A model generated the notes under the pieces. The model had not been told where the DNA came from. It made no database searches and saw only the letters and a program-made list of their open reading frames with translations. Of a DNA stretch of 64,000 nt, positions 1-13,308 are shown in pieces. Each line of letters begins with the position of its first letter. The first letter of the stretch is position 1. The DNA comes from the human T2T-CHM13v2.0 reference genome, Homo sapiens. The position numbers were made by a program, and so were the translations under genes. The stretch lies in the NCBI RefSeq assembly GCF_009914755.1, contig NC_060927.1; one strand, given 5' to 3'.

Positions 1-1255
1 GGAATACTTGGTTACAAATCTGACAAAACATCCTTAAAAGCTATTTGCTGAAAATTATAAAACACTGATGAAAGAAATAAAAAATGAACTAAATAAATGG
101 AGCTACATCTGGTGTTCATGAATTGGAAGATCTATACATAGGGAAGATATCAATTATTTCCTAATTGATCTATAGATTTAATAAAATTTCATTTGAAATT
201 CAAGAATATTTTTTTGTAAGAATAGAATATCTGGTTCTAAAATTTTTATGAAAAGACAAGAGATTTACAATGGTCAAAATCAATTTTGAAAAAAGAATAA
301 ATCCAGAAGAATCAATCTACTCAATTTTTGGACTTACTGTATAGCTGCAATAGTCAAGACTGTGTGTTATTGTCAAGGGATCACACGTAGATGACTGGAA
401 TATAGTCCAGAAATAGACCCACATGAGTATACCAACTGAGTTTTTTAAAAAGATGAGGCAATTCTTTGGAGAAAGCATAGTCTTTTCAACAAATAGTCTT
501 GGAACAATGGAAAATCCATATGCAAGAAAATAAACCTTGACCTAATCTCATACCTTATATAAACATTAACTCAAAATGGATCTTTCATCTAAGCATAAAA
601 TTATAAATCTTTTAGAAGAAAACATGGAGGAAAACTTTGTGATCTGTGGTTAAGTGAAGAATTCTTAGACATGCCATCAAAATATAATCAATCCCTAAAA
701 GAAAATAATTATATGTTGGACATCATCAAAATTAAAATCTTATGCTCTGCAAAACACATTGTTAAGAAAATGAAAATCAAGCTGCAGCCTGGGATAAAAG
801 TATTTAAAAATTACATTTCCAACAAAGGACTTATAGCCTGAATTTATAAAAAACCCTCAAAACTCAATAGTGAGAAATTTGAAAATGGGCAAAATTTGGA
901 CAATTTACCAATGAGGATACACAGAAGGCAGATGAGCACATGAAAAGATGCTCAATATCATTATCCATTAAGGAAATGCAAATTAAACCCAAGATCAGAT
1001 GCCACTATACATTTTTTGGAAAGGCTATAATTAAATACCCTGATTATACCAAGCACTGGTGAGAATGTGGAGCAACTGGAATTTTCAAACATTACTGATG
1101 GGAATGCCAAATTACATAGCCATTCTGGAAAATAGTTCAGTGGTTTCCAGTAAAGTTAAATACACACTTATATAACCTAGCTATTCCCTAGTAGGTATTT
1201 ACCTTAGAGGAATAAAAACAAGTTCACACAAGAAACTACACATGAATTATTATCC
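1..1255 (+). mobile_element. Old LINE-1 (L1M class), ORF2 C-terminal region into 3' UTR, decayed
   Basis: L1 motifs such as aaaattataaaacactgatgaaagaaat...aaataaatgg, ccagaaatagacccacat and gaaaagatgctcaatatca...gaaatgcaaattaaa; no open frame. Confidence 0.88.
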
Positions 1256-1360
1256 TCAGAATGAAAGTACGTTTTGTCATGAAAGGTAATTTGTTTCTTA
1301 TTCTTGCAGATATTCAATTACAGAATTAAAAATCTTGTGCAATAGCTTGTACAAGTAATT

Positions 1361-1782
1361 TGTCTTAGTCTGTTTGTGTTGCTATAAAGGAATACCTGAG
1401 ACTGAGTAATTTATAAAGAAAAGAGGTTTATTTGGCTCACCATTCTGCAGACTGTGCAAGAAGCATGGTGCCAGCATCTTGTGAAGGCCTCAGGCTGCTT
1501 CCACTCATGGCAGAAGGTGAAGGGGAGCTGGTGTGTGCACAGATCATATGGCCAGAGAGGAATCAAGAGACAGAGAAGGGATAGGTACTAACCTCTTCTT
1601 AACAACCAGCTTTCATGGGACCTACTAGAGCAAGAACTCACTCACTACCTTGAGGGCAGCACCAAGCCATTCATGAGGGATTCATTTCCCTGACCCAAAC
1701 ACCTCCTACTAAGCCCCACCTCCAACACTGGGGATCAAATTTCAACTTGAGGATTGGGGGAACAAATATCCAAATGATAGCA
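1361..1782 (-). mobile_element. MaLR solo LTR (MST family, MSTB-like)
   Basis: tgtcttagtc...gctataaaggaatacctgagactgagtaatttataaagaaaagagg...caaatgatagca; TG...CA ends; 5-bp TSD taatt/tgatt. Confidence 0.88.
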
Positions 1783-2324
1783 TGATTCCTGCAGAAAGCG
1801 TGATGGTTTGGAATGGATTTCTGAGATTATGCCATCTGAGATTTGGTGAAATACCAGGAGCCAGAGGGATGTGAATGCATCTATTATGGAAGGCGAGGAA
1901 TAATGCTGGTTGGCTAAGTTGTGCAGCACATTGCGTCGCTCACAAAGAACAAGTTCCATCAAAATTATTCTAAAGACACCAATTTTGGAGCTTGATCTAT
2001 CAGGCTAGTTAGAAGTTCTGAAAATTGTTTCTCAGCAGAAGGTCAAATGTGGTGAAAAGAGTGACTCCCAGTTTATTTATTTTTAAAATCTTTCTTATAG
2101 CTATTTCCAATAGGTGTTTAGTTTACAAACCATTTATGTTGATTTTGATGTAAAGCTGTTAGTCTCTTTATATACCAGACAATTCCTTAAGCTTCTCTGG
2201 TCTGTTAGGGGACAAAGCAGAGCTAGTAACCCTGAAGCCCTTTTCTAGTTTGCTAATGTAAAGACGCAAACCTGCTTCTACAGTTAGTAGTGGCTTAGAA
2301 CAGTCCCTAATCATGTGTTTGAGC

Positions 2325-2515
2325 CTGTGGTTCTTAGTTGATGGCCTAGACCAGCAGCATCAGCTTCAGCTGGGAGCTCATTAAAGATGCAAATTATCAG
2401 GACCCACCCCAGACCTACTGAAGCAGAAACTTGGCAGGGGGTAGCAGGTGGGGCAGGCAGAAAGCCATGTTTTAATAAGCTTTCCAGATGATTCTGATGC
2501 AAGCTAAGGTTTGGC
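2325..2515. mobile_element. MER5A-like hAT-Charlie DNA transposon relic
   Basis: ccagcagcatcagc...gggagctcattaaagatgcaaatt...cccaccccagacctactgaa...gattctgatgc. Confidence 0.8.
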
Positions 2516-3959
2516 TGATGCATGCTAAGATTTGACAAGTATCGTACAGTTAACTTTGCTTCTGATTTATTTCAAGCGGGGCTCTGGACAAGCTGCCAGA
2601 GGTGATTTTTAGGCCATGGGGAATTTGCATTATGTTGTCCCAAGCTGTCTTATCATACAAGTTCCACTTGGACCACTATTGGCTTAATTCAACATTAGGC
2701 ATCAGAGAAATCAAAATTCCATCATAGGTCTGTCCATTTCCTACTTACAAGTTATCTTGGTTTGTGGCCCTAAGTTACAACCCCTGATCAGAAAGCAGAA
2801 ACCCAAACATACACTACTCTTCAGCTCTTATGTGATTAGCTCATTATTAGTCCATTTAAGAAGGCATACTCTCTAAATTACGTGTCCAGCTCTTTCTTTC
2901 AAAACTTAATCATTACCCTCTCACCACTCCTTTTTTTCTTTTTTAAATTTCCAATTGGTAGTTATTGTCTCGTGGTGCTTGCCAGACTGAGTTTAAAACT
3001 TCACTGTCTGTTTTAATATCTCAGTTGGTTGCCATAATATGACTGTAGAGGTTTTTCGAACCAAAAGTATGTCTGCCAAGTAAAGCTTTCTGTCTGAAAC
3101 TTGAATGTGACATGTTTCCTCATCATTTAAAGCACTGTTATAATTAAGGATTGGTGAACCCTTTTTCAGTTTCAGTTAGTTGAATGTCTAATGTTTATTC
3201 AAACATCCTGGTTTCAATAAAAGCTCTAAATGTGAGTTGCCAGCACTTTTTCCATTAACTTTTAAATCCCTGTGTGTTTCAAGGGAAATACAGTTCGTAT
3301 GTTTCTGATTCATTTACACTTAACTCATCAGAATATTATTTTGCTAGAGCTAGTTCTTATCCAAGTATCACGTACCCCTTGAAATCTTTAGAGATATGAT
3401 GTTAGTTAAAATACTGCAAAATAAAGACCAAGCTGAAGCTTGGAGGAGTTGAACCATAGTTGGCTTTGTTTCTGAATTTGGCCCCAAATACCATATGTTT
3501 AAATTTGAAATAGATTAGCAGGATTCATTCCATTATTCTAGAAAAAAAATAGCTATTTACTTTGTACTCTGGATGTAATCGCATGCAGAGTATTATTAGA
3601 GGTAACTGTAAGATTACATGAGTGACAATAAACTACATGTAATACCATTGTTTTAGCTTCAGTGATGAGGATGCCTCATTTTGTAAAACGTGCATATGAA
3701 GAGAAGCCATGTGCCCATTTAACAATGGAGCCTGGGAAATATGGAGGGAAAACAATTGGCTAGCTGCCATCCCCTTAAAGGCTACAAATAACAAATATCC
3801 AGGAACACAGAATCGTGTGAATAAATGTTCAATTTTTTGAGTAGGGCTATACTAAAAAATGTGACATTCTGGGTTATCAGATTAACAGAAATATATATAT
3901 CTATATGTAGATATATAGATATACACACAAATAAATGTTTTAAAATATGTATTGTTTAC

Positions 3960-4330
3960 ATGTTTCTATTAGCATCCAGCCAGGAAAACAGATCCACTTT
4001 ATTTCAACAGAGAGAATTTAATGGAGGGAACTGGTTAAACAGGTATGAGAAGTCTCAAAAAGCAAAAGGAGAAAACTGAGGTAATGAAAAACTAATGACT
4101 ACAGGAAGCAGCTATCATGCCTAAGACTTGAAGAAAAAGGGGAAGAAGTTGGGGTTATCACACCAGGAATCTGGGAAGAGACTCCTTGGTGCTGGAGCTC
4201 AGACTTCTGAGGATGGTGTGGGGGTGTTCAGCTGGTGGAAGTACTTTTGGGTTCTGCTCCATGAGGCTGGTTCTGGGAATGCTGAACAAAGCTGGATGCT
4301 AGAAATGATTCTTTGCTACTGCCAGCATAA
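3960..4330 (-). mobile_element. Probable old ERVL-class LTR fragment
   Basis: caggaaaacagatccac...atttcaacagagagaatttaat...ggaactggtt resembles old LTR termini; subfamily not resolved. Confidence 0.45.
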
Positions 4331-6609
4331 AGAGCTCTATTATTATGAGTTACAATCCCAACTGGATTTCTGTTGATTTACATGTATTTGTCATCCTTCA
4401 AGTTGAGATGCTATAAGGCTATGTTTTCCTCCTTTCTTTGCCTCAGTCTCTAAGAACATCATCCTCAACCACAAAACAGAACCAATAGTCTTTGCACTAC
4501 CCATCTTTATGGTGTCTTGGGAAAATAAAGAAATGTTAAAACACTTGGTAAATGATAAAACAGTGATACATTTTGGTATTTCTTTACTTCAAAATACAAT
4601 ATTCAAATAAGATAAATGTAAGAAAAAATTGCTTATAATGCCGTCATCTCATCATGTAAATGGGTTTTTTTTCTTTTTTTTGCATAATCATTCAGTTTTA
4701 TTTGCTTTCTGCTTTTATTGTCATTTTAAACATGAAGCTCTAGAATTTTTGACTTTGAGTACATAAGTGAATTGTTTCTCAATCTCTCTAAAATAAGTCT
4801 AAAATTTTTAAACATAAGTTTGTTTTTTATAGAAACATATATAGAGGAAGGAAGCAATTTTAAGTAAAATCATATTATTAAAAAATAGTGTTAAGGATGT
4901 TTTACAGCTGCAGATCACAGCACTAGAAGGAAAGCATAGCTGTGTTTATAAAATTCTAAACAGAAATATAATTCCATGTTCCTTGATCCTTTTTCCTAAT
5001 TATGCTGCTTTTATGCAGGTTAGAGTAAAAATATTTATAAAATAAGATACAGTTCTGGCACCTGTTGCAGAAATATGTTTATCCTTAAAATTTTAAAATA
5101 TTACTCTATTGAAATTGAGCACTTGATTTGCGATACCATGAAAAAAAATCATCAAACAATTGGATTTCAAGTCACCATATCAAGTATATGGCTTTGAGCA
5201 TTGACAGTCCCTAAAAGTATGAATAGGTGGCATTTTCTGAATAACAAAATGCCATTTCAATGCCCCTTGCATTTTTGAATTTTCATTTAGTAAACCAATG
5301 TACAAGTTGAGTGAAATGCCTACTACCAATGGATCTTTTTTAAGCACTCTTCTAATCAAAAGTGACAGTGGGTACCTTCTTCTATATGTCCTAAACAAGT
5401 ATGGTTTTTATAATTTTTCTTTTACTTTTTCCATCAAAACATATAGTATTGGCATGTTATTTTCTGCAGACCCCAAGGTGCTTTATTATCTAACCCTCTC
5501 TGTCACCATCACTAAAAGTGGGTGGCAATGGACTATTTTCCCCTTGAGATATTGTCGGAATAGACTGCCTTTATGTGTATTATTTTCTTAGTCAATGAGC
5601 TTTGGAAGACAAAAAGCTATCAGTCTGCTACTCAGTGACTTGCTTCAACACAAAAATACCCTTAGGGGAACCACAGTGACTGGTAGAGTAGAAGGTATTG
5701 CTTCATGTTTAGACTTTTCCAGTGAAAATGAATTGGAAAGTTAGAGCTGTTGTAATATGGGGGCGTTCCAGGGGGAGTGCCACAATCAATTGGAAAAGGG
5801 AAATGTGAATTTGAAATAGCTATTTGGTCTTCCCACTCCACTAGCAGAAAATGTTAAAATTGTGTCTGGTCTGAAGCATTCACAGTCACAACTGAATTTC
5901 AGTAGAAGTGTCTCATGCGATGCGTAAATGTATGCAGTCGTCATTCCATTGGCCCTTTAATGAATCTGAAGGAATTGCAGAGCCAACACATTGTCCCTAG
6001 AAGTTATATATATTATACACATATATATTTTTTCTCCCAAGGAAATGATCCCAAGGTGAGGGTCGTTATTCTGTCAATATAAGAGCCCTTGGGATGTCAA
6101 TGAAGTGTTTTTTTAATCCTCACCCCAGCCCCGCCCAAGTTTTTTAAATGACTTTACAAAGTCAAGAGCGGTCTCTAATATGGTTGCACTGACAGTATAT
6201 AAGGTTTGAAAAAGCTGTCACAGCATCAATCAAATGTCAGCTCTACAGAAACTTTACAATGTCAGTGAAATTTTCCCTATTAATGCTCAGGATTTTCTGT
6301 TTGGGGGAACCCTGCAAGTCACAGAGCATTCTCTATAGCTCCAGCTCACTGCAACGGATACCACTGAGGAATGTTTTTGTGGTTGGGTCAATTTCCCATT
6401 GTACCTATTAAAAGTGAGGTCATAAATTTAAAAAAAAAATTATTGAAATGTGGCCTTCACCTGGGGAACATGAAAGAGATGAAAGAATACAAGTGGGATT
6501 TTAATAAACCGAAAGTAATCTTGTAATCAGGGAAAACTACATTTAACTACACCTAAACTATATTAAATATATTCTATATTTTTGCGATTTTTAAAAAACT
6601 CTCAACATT

Positions 6610-6940
6610 CTTTTTACTATGGTAAAATATCATAATATAAAGCATACCGTTTTAATCGTACAGTTCTGTGGCATTCAATGCATTCACACTGTTGTGCAGC
6701 CATCACCAACGTTCCTCTCCAGAGCTTTTTCATCGTCTCAAACTGAAACGCTGTACCCACTGAACTCATTGAACAATAACTCCCCTTTCCCCCAAAACTC
6801 CCCGTTCCAGAATACTTATTCTACTTTTTGAATTTGACTACTCTAGGTACCTCATATAAGTGGAATCAGACAATATTTGTCCTTTCGTGTCTGACTTATT
6901 TCACTTAGCATAATGTCTTGAAGTTTCATTTATCCTGCTA
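6610..6940 (-). mobile_element. L1MB-like 3' end fragment
   Basis: gtacagttctgtggcatt...cattcacactgttgtgcagccatcacc...ctctaggtacctcatataagtggaatc...tcacttagcataatg. Confidence 0.85.
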
Positions 6941-7130
6941 TTTTTTTTCAGGATGTTTGTTCTCAGTATTAAATGCTGGAGCTTCTGTAATACCAAAATA
7001 CTCCTTGAAACTGACTTTTTTTTTTCCAGCACAGTGTTAGGGGCTATTTAAAGCAATATTTAATTACATTTAAATCAGAAAAATGTATTAATCCTCATAA
7101 ACAAATCACTGTCCCATATCTTCAAGTATT

Positions 7131-7390
7131 ATAATAATAGCAATACTATATAGGGATTTCTATGTGCTAGACATAATTCTATGTACTTTGCATGTGTTAG
7201 TTTACTTAATTCTCAGAATATTCTTACAAAAGTGGTCTATTATCTTCCTCATCTTATAAAGAGTAAACTGAGGCAGAGGACAGGTCACTTGCCTATGACC
7301 ATACAACAAGTAAGTGGCATAGCCACGTCATAAGGCCAGGCTGTCTGGTCCCAGAGGCTGTGCTCTTAAGCACTGTATTACATTGCCTCT
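7131..7390 (-). mobile_element. MIR SINE
   Basis: Core aaactgaggcagag...cacttgcc...gctcttaagcactg. Confidence 0.8.
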
Positions 7391-8879
7391 CATGTACCCC
7401 TCCCACTAACAAGAGACTATACTTGAATTGATCTGGGGTTGGGTCTGAGCGCTCATCAGCTGTTAAATCTCCTCCAGTGATTCCAGTTGTACAGTCAAAT
7501 TAAGATTGCCTGGGCTAGAGCATAGGAAAATAATAAAAGATGACTCTGGGTACTTGAGCGAATGGCCTTGAACATCAGTCTCCTTAAAGAAGTTTGACTT
7601 TGATTTAGTTAGCAATGGAGGAAACCATGAAAGTTTAGGGTAGTTATATAAGCTGAACTTGTTTTAAGAAAGTTAACCTGGTAAAGATTTTAGTAGTCAC
7701 TTATGGTGGAATCTTATGGTAGGCCATGCTACTTTTGTTGACTTTGGCTTTACCTTTGATCCTATGGAGAGGGGCATCCCCAGGGACAACTTAAATATAG
7801 GCTGGAGAGAAAAATGCATTGGGGAGGCAATATCTAAAGGGTAGGGGTTCATGACATGAAACAGAATAATGTTTTAGGACAGCAAAGGAAAATATGAGAG
7901 GTATGGACCAATCAGATCACTTGATAACATTTCATGTTTTTTTTTTTAATTTGCTTATTTGTATGTTTAGTGGTCAAATAGTTCTGGTGGATATCATACA
8001 CCTATATTGGCTTACATATATTAGCTTTCTTTTCTCTCAAAATGCTATAATAGGTACCTATATCTGCAACCTCGGTCAGGTCACCTATTTGGGCCTCATT
8101 TTCCTCGTTTGTAAAGTATGGTTTCAAGGGTCCCTAGGGGCCTTTGGGTATTGACATCACGACTCTGGGGGTTGGGGTTTATTTCTCTGGATTATGAAAT
8201 CCCTCAGCCCAATGCAAAGTTCCAGGGTAGCCTAAGGCCTGAGGAAGGAAGCTCTTTCAGGAGATAATGTTATCACATTAGAACTGGGCCATAATGGAAG
8301 ATGGAATCCTCATTCCTCTTCTTGTTGAGACAGTCACTGGTGATCCATCTTTTGCCTCTGTCACCCTAATTTAGGTCATTCCTATTGTGAGCCTTCTCAA
8401 ACAGTACCTGTCTGGGTATAAAATTTATGTTGAAGAAGCATTAATGCAAGCTCTTAATAAGATGAAGAATTTAACAGCATGGTGTTATCTGAGGATGATA
8501 TATTTTATATACTCAAGGCATGTTTAATTAGGTTTGCAGAAGTCAAATTGGCTTGGGCAGTAATGAAGCTTTCTTTCTACCCCTTTCTTTCAGATTCTGC
8601 TGTAATAACATACAAGCCATTCTTAACAATCTCCTTTTAGTTTTGGTATGTTGGCAAATCAGTCTCTCTCTTTCTTTGTTCTTGCAAAACTGATTTGTTT
8701 TGAAAATCCAGTTTCTGCTTAGGGTGGAGGGCAGAAGAGAGAGCTTATTGAGAAATACACAATGGAACAAATAATAGGGCTAATAGGTGTTAGAGCTCCT
8801 CAAATATTGAACATGCATCCTTTTGAAATAGAGTTGCTAAATATTTAATAAGCATTTACATCTAAGCAGCACTCAAGGG

Positions 8880-9000
8880 TTTCATAACCTTTGATCCTTG
8901 CTCCCATTTTGCAGATGAGGACACTGACTGCAGAGTTCAAGCAATTTGCTCAAAGCTTTATGTATTGGAGCCAAGACTCAAAACGAACCCTCTGCCCTGA
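8880..9000 (-). mobile_element. MIR fragment
   Basis: cccattttgcagatgaggacactga...aagcaatttgctcaa. Confidence 0.65.
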
Positions 9001-10634
9001 ATCCCTGCCTCCTTCCAAACAGAAAGACCCAAGTTTAATTTACTAAGTCCATTCCCCTACTTAATGAATAAAAGAAAAGATGAAATCGACTAACCAGGTG
9101 GTATCTTTGAACTTCAAGGGTCGGATGAGGGTTTGTTTCTGGTGCACCCACCCATTCAGAGCTGAAGAGGAAATACAATGAACATAATAATGAATTTGAA
9201 TTTTGATCCCAAATCACTGAAGTATTTTCATACTTGTGGTCTCAGTTATTTTTTCAACATGACTGTGCAGTCGAGTATTTTGAGCCCAGTGTATATTTGA
9301 AAGTCTCTCTTATCCAGGGTCAGTCACACACACAGTCAGTGTTCAGGCAAGGTCAGGAAACTGCTGCTCCAAGTCTCCAACTGGGATAACCATGAAGTTT
9401 TATCAAAATTTTCAATAACTCATAATTGATAGAGACAAGACCAAAGAATAAATGAGAAAAGTGAAGATCTTATCAAAAGTGACGAATAATGGAAGGATGT
9501 AGGTCGTTATCTGTTGTAAATGTATTTTAAAAAAAGAAGGGGGCAATTTAGAAATCGTTTGAAGAATGAAAACCTTAGCAAGAACAGTTACTTCCTGTGA
9601 TAAAGACAGGTCTTTTGGTTGAAATTTTGATGTCTAAACTTCTGGAAAATGTCTGATTTTTTTTCTTTTGGAAGAATTATGGAAAGTGAAAGAAGGGGAA
9701 ATATTCTTACAAAGCATCCTTCTACTTTAAGAAACAGAAATTCTAAGTTGTTGCTAATAAGAAAGATTAATTGTATCAACTGTAGTCCATGGCTTCATTC
9801 ACTAATTTGCTACTTAATGTTTGCAGTATTTTGAGAGAGTTCAATAGAGTTTAACAGAGGGGTCAGAATTTCTTTACAAGTTAGATATTTAACACACCTA
9901 AACTTATTTTCTTGCCTATTTTTGCTGAGTCAATATCTACTAGTCTTGGATTCTTAACCCTTTCGAAAGCAGGGTAAAAAGATATAGTCATGGGCTTCTT
10001 TGTCAGCAGCTAAAGAAGGATGTTAACAAATATACTTTACAAATACCTTAATATGTATTTTAAAGGACTTTTACTTTTTCCTAAACATTTTTATTTATTC
10101 CACAATCTCTGAGCATTGCTTGATGCAAATATATGACCATAAAGATTTTATCTAGATTCAGGGAGAGTAATTGTCAAATCACCTGCCACTCTGGCTACGA
10201 GGAACGATGGTGAAGAAGGATTTAAAAGTTACACCTGAGCTGACGAGGCAAGAGTAGCATGATTCCATACCTTAGAGCCCTCAGGCAAGGGGGAGTGTGG
10301 TAGCACATGAATCAAAATATACGCTGAGGAGAAGGTAAATGGCAATAGTATGACTGTGCTTATCATTCACATGAGTGATATGGATATAGTAATTTGCAAG
10401 AGTTTAGGAGAGAAAGGTCCCTAGTGGAATGAAATGCTTAGAAGGAGCTTGAAAAATAAGTAGTTTTGGTGGCAGGAGAGGTAGAGACCTTTAGGTGAAG
10501 AGAGTGACAATACAATTGCCAGATTAAGAATGTCTAGGGGTAATCGTTTAACAAAAATGGCTGAAGCAGAATTTATTTTGCAAAAGCCTAGACATAATTT
10601 GAAAATGTAGCTAATGATTTTAGCTACCAATGAG

Positions 10635-10860
10635 TAAGGATTTACTCTACGCCTAGCATTTGCTGAACGCATTATGAACCCTGCCTCCTTTAATTCTCAT
10701 AACGATCTTGCAAGGAAATGCCATTTATTGACCCAATTTTACAGATGAATATTATAAATCTCAGAGAGGCAAAATCACTTGCTTCAGTCACATCACTGAT
10801 CAGTGGAAGAGTCAGATTTGAAGTCAGATCTGTCTGACTCCAGAGCCCCCACTCTTGTAC
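10635..10860 (-). mobile_element. MIR SINE
   Basis: attttacagatg...tcagagagg...cacttgc...gtctgactccagagcc. Confidence 0.75.
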
Positions 10861-11474
10861 CCTCACAGTTTTTGTGTCTTGGGTAAGATAAAATCAGTGT
10901 GTATTTTATAGAACTTTCAGTTTAAATGTTAGGTTGAGCTTTGGATGTTTTTAATAATAACTTCATTCAGCATATTTAGCATATCAGATAATTTACCCTT
11001 TTGACGTGTACAGTTCCAAATTTTTAAAGTAAATTTACCAAGTTGTGCAACCATCACTACAAACTAGTTTTAGAACATTTTTATCATCCTGGCATGATTC
11101 CTCATGTGCATTTGCTGTTAATCCCTCTCCCTTGTCCCTGCTCCCACCTCCAGCAACCACTAATCTATTTTCTGTATTTATATCTTTGCCTTTTCTGGGA
11201 ATTTTATATAAACGGAATCATACAATATATGGCATTTTGTGTTAGACTTCTTTCACTGAGCATAATGTTTTTGAGGTTCATCAGTGCTCTAACATGTGTC
11301 TATAGTTCATTCCTTTTTATTGTTGAATAGTATTCTGTTGTATGGTTATACCACATTTTGAGTATTCATTCACCAGTTGATGAACATTTAGGATGTTTCC
11401 AAGTTTTAGCTATTATGGATAATACTGCTAAGAACATTCATGTTCAAGTCTTTGGGTGGACACTTTTTTTTTTT

Positions 11475-12099
11475 AATGCAAACAAGAAAAGTAGTACCTT
11501 AAGTAGGGAAATACATGGCTTTTAGTAAAAGCATGGGAAATTTCCTGCTTACATAGAGAAATTTAGACACATCAAGAGAAGCCAAGAGTATAGAATCAAG
11601 AAAAACATTGCTTGTAACTGTAAATCCACAGTTTAGGAGATGGTTGAAAAGTTTATTTTTAAAAAAACAGACTTTAGAGTTAAATCAAAACCTCTTGCAA
11701 ATTTTACTGAGTAGATTAATACTTTAGGAAAACCTTGCTATTCTAATATAGGGGACCAAATTTATACTTTTGTATTAGTGTATTTTTAATATCAAAGCTC
11801 AATATTTAGAAAGACAAAAATAATTTCCTTTTAATTGTAGGCAACTTGTAAAAATTTCCTCTATATATTTGTCCTTTCCAAACCTTTTGTGACTTACTCA
11901 GACTTTTCATGACATGTTTATATTTTCTGTTTTTTTCCTATACTTTTTAAAAAATTGACCAGTCATTTTACATTAGGACAAAAATTTATCATATATTATT
12001 ATTGTTTACTTAAAATGATTTTCTTTCTACAACCTTTTTTGATACCCAAAATATATTTTCATACATGTAAGGTTTTTATCTTTTCCTTTTACTTAGTGA
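11475..12099. mobile_element. ERV1 internal-like (MER4-group int) fragment without LTRs; putative L1-transduced cargo
   Basis: atttagacacatcaagagaagccaagagtatagaatcaag...aaaacctcttgcaaattttact...ggggaccaaa...ccagtcattttacattaggacaa resembles MER4-group internal sequence (recognised from memory); bounded by two T-tracts. Confidence 0.6.
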
Positions 12100-12296
12100 T
12101 TTTTTTTTGTTATACTTTAACTTTTAGGGTACATGTGCACAATGTGCAGGTTTGTTACATATGTATACATGTGCCATGTTGGTGTGATGCATCCATTAAC
12201 TGGTCATTTAACATTAGGTATATCTCCTAATGCTATCCCTCCCCCATCCCCCCACCCCACAAGAGGCCCCAGTGTGTGATGTTCCCCTTCCTGTGT
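12100..12296 (-). mobile_element. 5'-truncated young primate L1PA 3' end (~200 bp)
   Basis: Near-consensus tatactttaa..tttagggtacatgtgcacaatgtgcaggtttgttacatatgtatacatgtgccatg...gttccccttcctgtgt. Confidence 0.93.
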
Positions 12297-12491
12297 GTGG
12301 ACACCTGTTTTCATCTCTCTTCAGTATATTCCTAAGAGCAGGATTGCTGGAGTTATGTGCTAACTATATTTAGCATTTTGAGAAACTTCTAAACTATTTT
12401 CCAAAATGATTGTACCATTCATACATTGATATCAGCAGTGTACGAGAGTACCAATTTCTCTAATCTTTGCTAGTATTTATTATTGTCTGAC

Positions 12492-12776
12492 TTTTTTTTT
12501 TCAGATGGAGTCTCGCTCTGTCACCCAGGCTGGAGTGTAGTGGTGAGTTTTCGGCTCATGCAACCACCTCTTGGGTTCAAGCGATTCTCCTCCCTCAGCC
12601 TCCCAAGTAGCTGGGACTACAAGCATGCACCACCACACCCAGATAATTTTTGTATTTTTAGTGGAGGCGGGGTTTCACCATGTTGGCCAGGATGGTCTCA
12701 AACTCTTGACCTTGTGATCTTCCTGCCTCGGCCTCCCAAAGTGCTGGAATTACAGTGTGAGCCACCGTGCCTGGCC
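12492..12776 (-). mobile_element. AluS-type SINE
   Basis: Dimeric Alu; TSD ctgacttttt at 12487-12496 and 12777-12786 followed by AA (canonical L1 endonuclease site). Confidence 0.93.
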
Positions 12777-13258
12777 CTGACTTTTTAAATTATAGCCATT
12801 CTAGTGAGTGTGAAACTGTCTCCTTGTGGTTTCTATTTGCATTTTTCTAATAACTAACGATGTTAAAGAGCTTTACAAGTGCTTCTTAGCCATCTGTATG
12901 TCTTATTTTTTGATTAGATTGTCTTATTGAGGTGTAAGATTTCTTTGTAATTTCTGGATATAAATTCTTTGTTAGACACATATTTTGCAAATATTTTATC
13001 CCAATTTATTGCTTTTATTTTTGTTTTCTTAATGAAGTCTACTGAAGTACAAACATTTTGAATTTTGATGTGATCCAATTTATTAATTTTTTTTGTTTTA
13101 TGAATCATGCTTTTCATGTTATATCAAAAAAAAACCTTGCCTAATACAAGGTCTTGAAGATTTTCTGTTTTCTTCTATAAGTTGTATTGTTTTAGCTCCT
13201 ACATTTAAGTCTATAATCATATTGAGATAATATTTGCATGTGTTGTGAGGTAAGGATT

Positions 13259-13308
13259 TCCTTCCTTCCCTTCCTCCCTCCCTCCCTCCCTCCCTTCCTT
13301 CTTTCTTT
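13259..13308. repeat. (CCTT/CCCT)n pyrimidine microsatellite
   Basis: Read directly from sequence. Confidence 0.85.
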
